This document shows positions 12,837 through 22,262 of a stretch of DNA of 64,000 nt, piece after piece. The stretch's first letter is position 1; each line of letters begins with the position of its first letter. Both the position numbers and the translations under genes were made by a program. A model generated the notes under the pieces. That model worked only from the letters and a program-made list of their open reading frames with translations, had not been told where the DNA came from and ran no database searches. Origin of the DNA: an uncultured delta proteobacterium (GTDB lineage Bacteria; Myxococcota_A; Polyangia; Polyangiales; Polyangiaceae); NCBI GenBank assembly GCA_963841435.1, contig CAWJCS010000003.1:832001-896000 (forward strand), read 5' to 3'.

Positions 12837-14992
12837 TCGAGCCAACCGACCCGCGCGAAGAGCACCGCGCCGAGGGGGACGTCGGGACCGGCGGTGCGGC
12901 CTTGTCGCCCGAGGCGACCCGCCAGGTGCTTCACGACCTCAGGGTGCATCAGATCGAGCTCGAGCTGCAAAACGAGGAGCTGCGCAGAACGCACCTCGCG
13001 CTGGAGGCGTCGCGCTCGCGCTACTTCGACCTCTACGATCTGGCACCGGTGGGCTACGTGTCCTTGCGCCAGTCCGGCACCATTCAGGAGGCAAACCTCA
13101 CCGTCGCGACGTTGCTTGGCGTGGCCCCCGGAGCTCTCGTCGATCAACCGCTCACTCGCTTCATTTTACCGGCGGATCAGGACATCTTTTACCAGCACCA
13201 GAAGCAGCTCTTCAACACGGGCGCCCGACAGGTGTGCGAGCTCAGGATCGCGCGGAGCGACGGCGCGACTTGCTGGGTGCGGTTGGAGGCGACCACCGCA
13301 GAAAAAGTCGAAGGTGTTCGCGTGCATCGCACCGTCGTCAGCGATATTTCCGCGCGCAAGCGGGCCGAGGAAACGCTGCGGGCCAGTGAAGCCCGCCACC
13401 GAATCTTGTTCGAGCAGTCGCACGACGCCCTCATGACGTTGGCGCCCCCTGATTGGCGCTTCACTTCGGGCAATGCGACCACGCTCGCGATGTTCGGTGT
13501 ACCGGACGCCGAGCATCTTCTGGCGCGCGCCCCGAGGGCGTTCTGGCCCGAGCGCCAGTCGGATGGAAGCGTCTCCGTCGAGCGGGCAGAGCTGCTGCTC
13601 GAGACGGCGATGCGCGAAGGCTCTGTCTTCTACGAATGGACGTTCTTGCGCGCTTCCGGCGAACAATTCCCGGCCACGGTGCTCTTGACGCGCCTCGAGA
13701 TCGACGGCCAGCCACTCATCCAGGCCACCGTGCGAGACGAGACCGAGGCGAAGAAATTGCAGGCGATGCTGGCCCAGGCGGACCGATTGGCCAGCATGGG
13801 CATGCTCGCAGGCAGCGTGGCGCACGAGATCAACAATCCGCTCGCGTACGCCATTCACAGGGCCGAAACGCTCGCCGATGAGCTTCCAAAGCTCGCGGTC
13901 AACGCGGAGCGTAGCCTGACTCTGCTGCGAGCGAACGTCGGAGACGAAGTGTTCGAACAGATCGTCGGCGGCGGCCAAACCATGCTGGCCCCGTCCGTAC
14001 TGAACGAGATGGTGGAGCACGTGCGCGAGGCACTCGCGGGCATGCAACGGATCAAGCACATCACCCGGAGCATCGGTGCGTTCTCGCGCGTGGAGAGCGG
14101 CGAGCCGGCGCACGCGGACTTGAACTACGCGATCGAGTGCGCCGCCAAGATGACCGTGAGCGACATCAAGTTTCGAGCCGAGTTGGTCCTCGACCTCGGT
14201 CGGTTGCCCGCGGTGTCGGCGGCGGAGGGCAAGCTTTCGCAAGTCTTCTTGAATTTGCTGATGAATGCAGCCCAAGCCATCGAGGTCGGGCACGTGCGCG
14301 AAAACCGGATCGCGGTCCGCACCTGGGCGAGCGACGGTCAGGTGTTCGCGGAAGTTCGCGACACCGGCAAGGGCATCGCTCCGGCCAATCTGGCGCGCAT
14401 TTTCGATCCCTTCTTTACGACCAAAGCGGTGGGCGTCGGCTCCGGGCTCGGCCTTTCGATCTGCCGGAACATCCTCGCCGAGTTCGGAGGCGATATTCGC
14501 GTCAACAGCGTGCCGGGCCAGGGGACGCGCTTTCTCGTCTGCCTGCCGAGCGACGAACATGCAACGGCCGCGCTCGCTCCGGAGGCTACCGTGAACGCGA
14601 CCCCGCCGACGACGCGCGGGCGGATCCTCGTCGTCGATGACGAGCCGGCGATAACAGCCATGGTCTTGCGGGTGCTGGGGCCCACACACGAGTTCGTCAC
14701 CGCCACTTCGGGCGAGGCTGCGCGGGCCGTCCTGAAGCACGACCAAGCGTTCGATGTGATCCTGTGCGACCTCATGATGCCCGACATCACGGGCGCAGAG
14801 CTTCATGCCTGGCTCGCCGTGCAGTTTCCTCTGCTCGCGGAGCGGGTGGTGTTCGCGAGCGGCGGCGCGTTCGAGCCGAAGACCCGGGACTACCTGAGTC
14901 GCATCGCGAACACGGTGCTCGAGAAGCCGTACCCGCCGTCCGAGCTGAGGGCCATCGTATCGAGAATGATTGCGGCGAAACGCGGCGCCTGA
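12833..14992 (+). CDS. PAS-PAS hybrid sensor histidine kinase with C-terminal receiver
   Basis: H-box VAHEINNPL, QVFLNLLMNA, DTGKGI, FDPFFTTK, GSGLGL; REC ILVVDDE...DLMMP...KP; start overlaps the upstream stop (TTGA). Confidence 0.93.
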   Translation: MIEPTDPREEHRAEGDVGTGGAALSPEATRQVLHDLRVHQIELELQNEELRRTHLALEASRSRYFDLYDLAPVGYVSLRQSGTIQEANLTVATLLGVAPGALVDQPLTRFILPADQDIFYQHQKQLFNTGARQVCELRIARSDGATCWVRLEATTAEKVEGVRVHRTVVSDISARKRAEETLRASEARHRILFEQSHDALMTLAPPDWRFTSGNATTLAMFGVPDAEHLLARAPRAFWPERQSDGSVSVERAELLLETAMREGSVFYEWTFLRASGEQFPATVLLTRLEIDGQPLIQATVRDETEAKKLQAMLAQADRLASMGMLAGSVAHEINNPLAYAIHRAETLADELPKLAVNAERSLTLLRANVGDEVFEQIVGGGQTMLAPSVLNEMVEHVREALAGMQRIKHITRSIGAFSRVESGEPAHADLNYAIECAAKMTVSDIKFRAELVLDLGRLPAVSAAEGKLSQVFLNLLMNAAQAIEVGHVRENRIAVRTWASDGQVFAEVRDTGKGIAPANLARIFDPFFTTKAVGVGSGLGLSICRNILAEFGGDIRVNSVPGQGTRFLVCLPSDEHATAALAPEATVNATPPTTRGRILVVDDEPAITAMVLRVLGPTHEFVTATSGEAARAVLKHDQAFDVILCDLMMPDITGAELHAWLAVQFPLLAERVVFASGGAFEPKTRDYLSRIANTVLEKPYPPSELRAIVSRMIAAKRGA

Positions 14993-15388
14993 CTGGGCTC
15001 CGCCGGTCCAGCGTCACCCGCATGGGTCCCCTGAGCCCCCTCAGCCCGCGCAACCCATGAGTTGCGCAAGTTGCGCGCGCCTCGCCCACGCTGGCCTGCT
15101 GCTGACCCCTCACGCGTGCTACCCTCGCTAGGTTCACCTGAGGGCCGCGCCGGGGCGACGCTTGGTACCCGTCACCGATGACTCGGGGCAGGTGTGGTGC
15201 GTGCCGGTGGCGTGTGTCCACGAACGGCCAGTGAAAGAGAGACAAGCCACGGCAGACTCGCTAGCCCGCACTGCGGCGCGCGGCGCTCACTACTCGTCGG
15301 CGCACTGCGCGGCCAGGGGTACGACGTCATCGAAGCGCGGCGAGCCCGGGCCGCCCGTGGGGGAAACGTGATCATCGACCGAAGGGGT

Positions 15389-16549
15389 ATGCGGGCGCTC
15401 GTGGTGGACGACGACGAGGAGCTCCTCCTCGTCGAGGCGCAGGCCCTGGCCAAAGCCGGCTACGACGTGAGCACGGCTGCGTGCGGGGACGCGGCGGTCC
15501 AGGCCCTGCGTGTCAAAGCTTTCGACGTGATCGTGAGCGACATCGACATGCCGGGGATCAGCGGGCTTGCGCTCCTCGAGCAGGTCCGAATGCAAGATCC
15601 CGACGTCCCGGTGGTGCTGATCACCGGGGCGCCCTCGGTCGAGACGGCGGTGAAGGCCCTCGAGCACGGCGCGCTGCGCTACCTCGTCAAGCCAGTGGAG
15701 CTCGCAACGCTCGTCAAGGTGGCCGACAACGCCGTGCGCTTGCACAGACTGGCCAAGGCGAAGCGCCAAGCGCTCGAGCTGGCGGGCGGCGCCGGACGCT
15801 GGGCTGGCGATCAAGCGGGGCTCATCGCCTCGTTCAACCGAACCATGGCGTCCGCGTACGTCGCCTTTCAGCCCATCGTGGCGTGGCGCAGCCGAGATTT
15901 GTTCGCGTACGAGGTGCTCTTGCGCAGCAACGAGGCGAGCCTGCCGCACCCGGGGGCAGTCATCGACGCCGCCGAGCGGCTCGGGCGGGTGCACGAGCTC
16001 GGGCGCTGGATCCGCCACAAGGCACTCGAACCGCTCGTGGCCCTGCCCGGGCAGGCGCTCCTTTTCATCAATCTTCATCCGCAAGACCTGCTCGATGAAG
16101 AGCTCTTCGACCCACGCAGCCCGCTCACGCGCGTCGCGGGGCGAATCGTCCTGGAGATTACCGAGCGCTTGACGTTGGAAGGGATCCCCGAAGTGCCGAC
16201 GCGCGCAGCCCGGTTGCGCGAGCTCGGTTTTCGGATCGCCATCGACGACCTCGGCTCCGGGTACGCCGGCCTCACCAGCTTTGCCTTGCTCGAGCCCGAG
16301 GTGGTCAAGCTCGACATGCCACTCATCCGCGGACTCGATGACGACCCCACGAAGCGCGCCGTGGTGCGCAGCATGGTCGAGCTGTGCAAGGAGCTTGGCA
16401 TGATCGTCACGGGAGAGGGCGTCGAAACGGAGTTGGAGCGTGACGCGCTCGCCGCGACGGGCTGTGACCTCATGCAAGGCTACCTCTTCGCCAGGCCGGG
16501 CGTCCCGTTCCCGATCCCGAGCTTCGCGCCTGCGTCACTCCGCGGGTAG
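15389..16549 (+). CDS. response regulator with EAL domain (putative c-di-GMP phosphodiesterase)
   Basis: REC ALVVDDD...SDIDMP...KP; EAL motifs FQPIV, YEVLLR, LFINL, LEITE, IDDLGSGY, VKLD, EGVET, QGYLFARP; alternative GTG start at 15368. Confidence 0.92.
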   Translation: MRALVVDDDEELLLVEAQALAKAGYDVSTAACGDAAVQALRVKAFDVIVSDIDMPGISGLALLEQVRMQDPDVPVVLITGAPSVETAVKALEHGALRYLVKPVELATLVKVADNAVRLHRLAKAKRQALELAGGAGRWAGDQAGLIASFNRTMASAYVAFQPIVAWRSRDLFAYEVLLRSNEASLPHPGAVIDAAERLGRVHELGRWIRHKALEPLVALPGQALLFINLHPQDLLDEELFDPRSPLTRVAGRIVLEITERLTLEGIPEVPTRAARLRELGFRIAIDDLGSGYAGLTSFALLEPEVVKLDMPLIRGLDDDPTKRAVVRSMVELCKELGMIVTGEGVETELERDALAATGCDLMQGYLFARPGVPFPIPSFAPASLRG

Positions 16550-19500
16550 CGGCTCGCCGAAGGGTGCGCCGTCGGACCCGTCGGGGGCGGCCGGCTCGGG
16601 CCCGCGCGACCGCTCGCCCTGATGGTCGGCGGCAATCAGCATGTACAGGCTCGGCACGGCGAACAGTGTGAACAGCGTGCCGATCGACATGCCGCCCACG
16701 AGCACGACGCCGATCGAATTACGCGCGACGGCACCGGGGCCGGTCACGAGCGTCAGCGGGAAGTGGCCGCACACGGTGGCCACCGTCGTCATCAAGATCG
16801 GCCGGAGCCGCGTCACGGCGGCGGCTTGAACGGCGTCGAGCTTCGAGCGCCCCGCGCGCTGCTCCTGATTCGCGAACTCCACGATCAGGATGCCGTTCTT
16901 GGCAATCAGGCCGACGAGCGTGACGAGGCCGACCTGGGAATAGATGTTGAGCGTCGTCGTCCAGCCTTCGGTCAGTCCGAAGCGCATGCCGGGCGGGCCC
17001 GCGAACTTCAGGAAGGTGAAGATGAGCGCGCCGAACATCGCGAGCGGCACGGAGCCGGCGAGCACGACGAACGGATCGCGGAACGAGTTGAACTGCGCCG
17101 CGAGCGCGAGAAAGATGAGCACGACGGCGAGGCCGAACGCCGGCAAAAATTTGCCGGCTTCCTCGCGGAGCTGCCGCGATGCACCCGTGTAGTCGATGCG
17201 GGAGCCGGGCGGCAGGAGCCGCTTGGCCGTGGATTCCAGCACCTTGAGCCCGTTGTCGAGCGAGCGAGGGGCGACGCCCGAGATTTTCACGGCGTTGAGC
17301 TGCTGGAAGCGGTTCAGCGTGCGCGGCTCGATGCCCGTCTTCACGTGCGCGATGGCGCTCAGGGGGATGAGGGTGCCGTTGGGGCCCGAGATGTGGATGT
17401 CGTCGAGCTGATGGGGCGCGAGCCTGCCGGCGCGCTCGACCTCGGGAATGACCTTGTAGCTTCGGCCGTCGATGGTGAAGCGGTTCACGAAATTGCCGCT
17501 CAGCATCGAGCTCAGATCCGAGGCGACCGACTGCATGGTGAGGCCGATCGACGCGATCTTGTCGCGGTCGAGGACGAGCTCGGCCTTCTCCTGATCGATG
17601 CGTACGTCGGTGACGGGCGGGAATGCGAACTCGCCGCTCTTGGCCGCCTCCGCCACCATCTCGTTGGCGATGGCGACGAGCTTTTCGTGATCGGCCGTCG
17701 AGGCAATCACGAGCTCGACGGGGAAAAATCCAGGGCTCGGCAGCGCGGGCGGCAGGAACACCGGCGCGCGGATGCCCGTGATGGTACTCGTCTTCTTGGC
17801 GAGCTCGGCCTGGATCTCGAAGATGCTCCGCGTGCGCTCGTCCCACGGCTTCATGAGCGCGCCGCCGAAGCCGCCGGTCGGAAACGTGATCTGGAAGCTG
17901 TGATCGAACTCGGGAACGGACGAAAACTTCTCGTTGACCTGGGCGGTGTACGGCGTGAGCTGCTCGAGCGTGGCGTTCGCCGGCACGTCGATGGCACCGA
18001 ACACCACGCCCTGATCTTCGCTCGGCGCAAGCTCGGCCGGCGAGAACAGGTAGAGCGGGACGACGGCGAGCGTCAGCACGATCCACACGGTGTAGACCGC
18101 GGGACGCATCGACAGCGTCCCCGAAAGCGCGCGCGCGTACCATGCCTTGATGCGCTCGAACCCGCCGTCGATCAGCCGCGTGAAGCGGCCCTCGGATTGC
18201 CGCGCATGCAAGAGGCGCGACGACATCATCGGCGAGAGCGTGAGCGCGACGACGCCCGAAATGAGCACGGCGCCCGCGAGCGTGAACGCGAACTCGCGGA
18301 ACAGCGCCCCCGTGAGCCCCGCCTGGAAGCCGATCGGCGCGTACACGGCGGCGAGCGTGATGGTCATCGCGATGATCGGTCCGAAAAGCTCGCGGGCGCT
18401 CACGAGCGCCGCCTCGAGCGGCGACTTTCCCTCGTGCACGTTGCGCGCCACGTTCTCGACGACGACGATCGCGTCGTCGACGACGAGCCCGACACTCAGC
18501 ACGATGGCGAGCAGCGTGAGCAGGTTCAGCGTGAAGCCGAACACCTGCATCAAGAACACCGCGCCAATCAGCGACACGGGGATGGCGACGACCGGCACGA
18601 GCACGCTTCTTAGCGAGCCGAGGAACAGGAAGATGACGACCATCACGATGAGGATCGTCTCGATGAGCGTTTGGGTGACCTCGCGAATGGCGTGGTTGAT
18701 GTAGTTCGTCGAGTCGAAGGCGACCTGGGCGCGCATGCCCGTCGGTAGCTCCTCCTGGATCGTCTTCATCTCGTCGCGCACGCGGGCAATCACGTCGAGG
18801 GAGTTCGCGTTGGGCAGCACCCAGACGCCCATGAACACCTGCTTTTGCCCCGTAAAACGCACGTCTTGGTCGTAGCTGTCGGCGCCGAGCGCGACCTCCG
18901 CCACGTCCTCGAGGCGCACGAGCGTGCCGTTCTCGGAGCGCACCACGAGCTTCTTGAAGGTCTCGAGGTCCTGCGCGTCGGTCGTCGCCGTGAGGTTGAC
19001 CTGCACGTACTGACCCTTGGTCTGACCGACGGCCGCGAGCGTGTTGTTGGCGGCGAGCGCGCGACGCACGTCACCGGGGCTCACGTTGAGCGCGGCCATG
19101 CGCCCGGGATTGAGCCACGCCCGGAGCGCGAACGTGCGGCCGCCGAGGATGTCGGCGCGCTGGATGCCCTCGATCGCCGAAAGGCGGGGCTGCACGATAC
19201 GGATGAGGTAGTCCGTCACCTGATTCTGCTCGAGGATGTTCGAGCCGAAGGTGAGGTACATCGCTGCGACGCGCGCGTCGGAAGGCTCGATGCTGATCGA
19301 CGGGATCTCCGCTTCGGGAGGCAGATCGGCGCGCACCTGGTTCACGCGCGCGCTGATGTCGGAGAGCGCGTCGGCCGCCGGGAAATTCAGCTTGAGCCGC
19401 ACGTTGATCGTCGAAATGCCCTGCGTGCTCTGCGATTCGATGTAGTCGATGCCGTCGGCGGCGGCGATGGCGCGCTCGAGCGGCGTCGTGATGAAGCCGC

Positions 19501-19678
19501 GCACGAGGTCGGCGCTCGCGCCCACGTAGACGGTCCGCACCGTGACGGAGGCGCTCTCGAGGCGCGGGTACTGCCGGACATTGAGCGTGCGCACCGCCTG
19601 GAGCCCCGCGATGATGATCACGAGGTTGACGACGATCGCGAGCACGGGCCGTCGAACGAAGACGTCGGTGAGCTTCAT
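16535..19678 (-). CDS. RND efflux transporter permease (AcrB/MexW-like)
   Basis: FVRRPVLA, GLVVDDAIVVVEN, ALTLSP, GLIAKNGILIVEFA, RLRPILMT; 1047 aa. Confidence 0.96.
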   Translation of the reverse strand: MKLTDVFVRRPVLAIVVNLVIIIAGLQAVRTLNVRQYPRLESASVTVRTVYVGASADLVRGFITTPLERAIAAADGIDYIESQSTQGISTINVRLKLNFPAADALSDISARVNQVRADLPPEAEIPSISIEPSDARVAAMYLTFGSNILEQNQVTDYLIRIVQPRLSAIEGIQRADILGGRTFALRAWLNPGRMAALNVSPGDVRRALAANNTLAAVGQTKGQYVQVNLTATTDAQDLETFKKLVVRSENGTLVRLEDVAEVALGADSYDQDVRFTGQKQVFMGVWVLPNANSLDVIARVRDEMKTIQEELPTGMRAQVAFDSTNYINHAIREVTQTLIETILIVMVVIFLFLGSLRSVLVPVVAIPVSLIGAVFLMQVFGFTLNLLTLLAIVLSVGLVVDDAIVVVENVARNVHEGKSPLEAALVSARELFGPIIAMTITLAAVYAPIGFQAGLTGALFREFAFTLAGAVLISGVVALTLSPMMSSRLLHARQSEGRFTRLIDGGFERIKAWYARALSGTLSMRPAVYTVWIVLTLAVVPLYLFSPAELAPSEDQGVVFGAIDVPANATLEQLTPYTAQVNEKFSSVPEFDHSFQITFPTGGFGGALMKPWDERTRSIFEIQAELAKKTSTITGIRAPVFLPPALPSPGFFPVELVIASTADHEKLVAIANEMVAEAAKSGEFAFPPVTDVRIDQEKAELVLDRDKIASIGLTMQSVASDLSSMLSGNFVNRFTIDGRSYKVIPEVERAGRLAPHQLDDIHISGPNGTLIPLSAIAHVKTGIEPRTLNRFQQLNAVKISGVAPRSLDNGLKVLESTAKRLLPPGSRIDYTGASRQLREEAGKFLPAFGLAVVLIFLALAAQFNSFRDPFVVLAGSVPLAMFGALIFTFLKFAGPPGMRFGLTEGWTTTLNIYSQVGLVTLVGLIAKNGILIVEFANQEQRAGRSKLDAVQAAAVTRLRPILMTTVATVCGHFPLTLVTGPGAVARNSIGVVLVGGMSIGTLFTLFAVPSLYMLIAADHQGERSRGPEPAAPDGSDGAPFGEPLPAE

Positions 19679-19716
19679 CTTGGCATCCCTGGACGTGCCT
19701 TCGCGGGCTCCCCCGC

Positions 19717-21021
19717 TCAGCGATTCTCGGGCTTGGGGGAGAGCTCGGGGTGGAGCTTCACGCTCTCGTTGTCGACGACGATGGGGCTGCCGTTGCGGAG
19801 CTTGAAGGCGCCCGAGCTCACGACGTCCTCGCCGATCTTGACGCCGTCGAGCACGGCGACGAAGTCTCCGCGCGTGTCGCCGAGGCGCACGAACTTCTGC
19901 TCGGCAACCTTCTGGGGCTTGCCGTCGGGCCCCGGCTTCTCGCCGACCACGAAGAGGGAGTCACCGAAGGAGGCGTGCACGGGCGCCGTGACGGGCACGG
20001 CCGTGACCTCCTGACGCTCGGGCAAGACCACGGCGACCCGCAGGAACATGCCGGGATGCAGCGGATTTTGCGCGGGCGGGAACTTGGCGCGCACCCTCAC
20101 GCTGCGCGTCGCCGGATCGATCGTCGGATCGACGGCGCTGATCTCACCCGCGACGGGCTCGCCCGTGACGCCCTCTTGCGACGCGCGGACGACCTGGCCG
20201 ACCTGGAGCCTGCCGAGCGCCTCCTGCGGCAGCGTGAAGTCCACGAAGTCGGCGTCGGCCGATTCGAGCACCGCCACGGTCGTCCCCGGGGCGAGATATT
20301 GACCGAGGTTTATCTGACGGAGGCCGAGCCGGCCCGTGAACGGCGCGCGAATGAGCTTGCGCTCGATCTGCGCCTCGAGCTCCGCTTGCTGGGCGGTGAG
20401 GCTCTTGAAGGACGCATCGTTCGAGTCAACCTCGGCCTGCGCAATGACACCCGAGCTGGCGAGTGCCTGGGCACGCGTGAGCTGCGTCTTCGCGAGCTCG
20501 CGGCGCGCGCGGGTCGAGCCGAGCTGCGCGCGCTCGACGCTTGCATCGAGCTGGACCAGGATCTGCCCCTGCCGGACAGCCTGACCGGAATCGAAGTAGA
20601 GCTTCGACACGACGCCGGGTGCGTCGTTCGCGAGGGCGACACCCTTCGCCGAAACGACGCTCGCGACCGCGTTGATTGTCTTCTCCCAGGTCTGCCGTTC
20701 GGCCTTGCGCGTGGCGACCGCCTCGGGGGGCGGGCCTTGCTTCTGCATGGCCTTGCCCGCATTGATGAGCATCGAGATCTGCGAAAACTTGAGGAAACCG
20801 AGCCCGCCGAGCACGACCAAGAGCCCGAGCACGACGGCGAGATAGCGGACGACACGCTTCCCCCGACTGGCGCGCGGACGAGCCGCCGCGACTGGTGACT
20901 CGGGCGGAAGGGACGGCGCCGGCGCCGGCGCTTCGAGGACGAGGGTGCCCGCGGGAACACGCTCGCTGGTCGGGCGCGACTGCCGAGGAACCGAAGGATG
21001 CTCGCGACTGGGAGCGCTCAT
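19717..21021 (-). CDS. RND efflux periplasmic adaptor (membrane fusion protein)
   Basis: TM anchor, GVVSKLYFDSGQAVRQGQILVQLD lipoyl half, IRAPFTG, IDPATRSVRVRA, PGMF; start MSAPSREH. Confidence 0.93.
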   Translation of the reverse strand: MSAPSREHPSVPRQSRPTSERVPAGTLVLEAPAPAPSLPPESPVAAARPRASRGKRVVRYLAVVLGLLVVLGGLGFLKFSQISMLINAGKAMQKQGPPPEAVATRKAERQTWEKTINAVASVVSAKGVALANDAPGVVSKLYFDSGQAVRQGQILVQLDASVERAQLGSTRARRELAKTQLTRAQALASSGVIAQAEVDSNDASFKSLTAQQAELEAQIERKLIRAPFTGRLGLRQINLGQYLAPGTTVAVLESADADFVDFTLPQEALGRLQVGQVVRASQEGVTGEPVAGEISAVDPTIDPATRSVRVRAKFPPAQNPLHPGMFLRVAVVLPERQEVTAVPVTAPVHASFGDSLFVVGEKPGPDGKPQKVAEQKFVRLGDTRGDFVAVLDGVKIGEDVVSSGAFKLRNGSPIVVDNESVKLHPELSPKPENR

Positions 21022-21131
21022 TGAATGACCCGCAGGTTGACTAGGGCCGGACCCGAGAAAACGCCACTCCCCGTGGACGAAAAAGTCGCGCGACGACACG
21101 CCCGGACAAGAACACCACGCCCCCGGTAGCG

Positions 21132-21146
21132 TTTTGGAAACCAAAA
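21132..21146. promoter_or_regulatory. AT-rich palindrome, candidate repressor operator of the efflux operon
   Basis: TTTTGG-AAA-CCAAAA about 110 bp upstream of the MFP start. Confidence 0.35.
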
Positions 21147-21318
21147 GCGACCGGCTCGCCGCCCGGCGGCGGCAGGTTTCTTGCTTCACCCCCCGGCTCG
21201 ACTCAAAGGGATGGCGGCCGGTCACGGGCAATTCCGAGACGACTAAGACCCGCGCGTGACGCACGGTCGGATCCAGCGGGACCGATGGGCACGCCTCGCT
21301 CCGAGCGTGGGGTCGATC

Positions 21319-21966
21319 TCAGCTCGGACGCGGCCGCGCGGCCGCTGCGAGGTCGCGGCGCGCCTCTTCTGCGGTGCGGCGCGGCCCGTACGAGGGCGTG
21401 CTCGGTTGGATGCGCCAGCTCTCCGCGAGAGGACCGAAGTCGACGGTGTCGAAACCGAACTGATCGATGAGGGCGGCGACGGTCCGCTTGGCGTCTACGT
21501 CATCGCCGCCGATGATGAAGGCGCGCCGGTTGGGGGTACCGGGTGGCGTGCCATCCGTCGTGAGCTGCGCGGCGTAGACGTGGTTGAACGCCTTGACGAC
21601 TTTCGAGGTGGGAAGGTGACGTTGGAGAAGCTCCGACGAAGTCGCTTCCTCACGGTCGAGCTCGGAAATGTGGCCGTCGCGATTCGGGTAGTAGTTGTTG
21701 GTATCGATGACGATCTTACCGGCGAGCGGGTCGACCGGCACGGTCCGAATGGCCTGGAGGGGGATGGTGACGACGACGATGTCGCCGAGACGCGCCGCTT
21801 CGACGGGTGTGGCCGCGCGAGCCTTGGGCCCGAGCTCCGCGACGAGCGCGGCGAGCGTTTCCGGGCCCCGCGAGTTGCTGAGCACGACATCGTAGCCCTG
21901 CGCGACGGCGAGGCGCGCGAGCTGGCTGCCGATGCGACCCGCGCCGATGAGTCCCAGAGTTTTCAT
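21319..21966 (-). CDS. NADP oxidoreductase, F420-dependent NADP reductase-like family
   Basis: MKTLGLIGAGRIG Rossmann motif, SNSRGPE, IDTNNY, VVKAFN, GDD. Confidence 0.88.
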   Translation of the reverse strand: MKTLGLIGAGRIGSQLARLAVAQGYDVVLSNSRGPETLAALVAELGPKARAATPVEAARLGDIVVVTIPLQAIRTVPVDPLAGKIVIDTNNYYPNRDGHISELDREEATSSELLQRHLPTSKVVKAFNHVYAAQLTTDGTPPGTPNRRAFIIGGDDVDAKRTVAALIDQFGFDTVDFGPLAESWRIQPSTPSYGPRRTAEEARRDLAAAARPRPS

Positions 21967-22262
21967 GGGAGATACGTGGGGGCGTGGCACTCCCGGCGCA
22001 AGTCGGGCCAATGAACGAGCGCCCCGTTCGATGACGATGGAAACGCGGGGTGCGGCCCGCACCGCGGAGTGGATGTAGGGAATGTGTACGACGCGCGGGC
22101 GCTCGCTGCGGTGATCGCCCGGCCTCACTCGTTGCCGCGTTCGCTGGACGCGTTGCCGCGCTCGGCGTGCATGTCGTTCGGCATCTCACAGAGGCACACA
22201 GACGACGACGACGGCGAACTGAAGGTGTGACCCGGAGGGGAAGCTGCTATGTTTGGGGTTTG

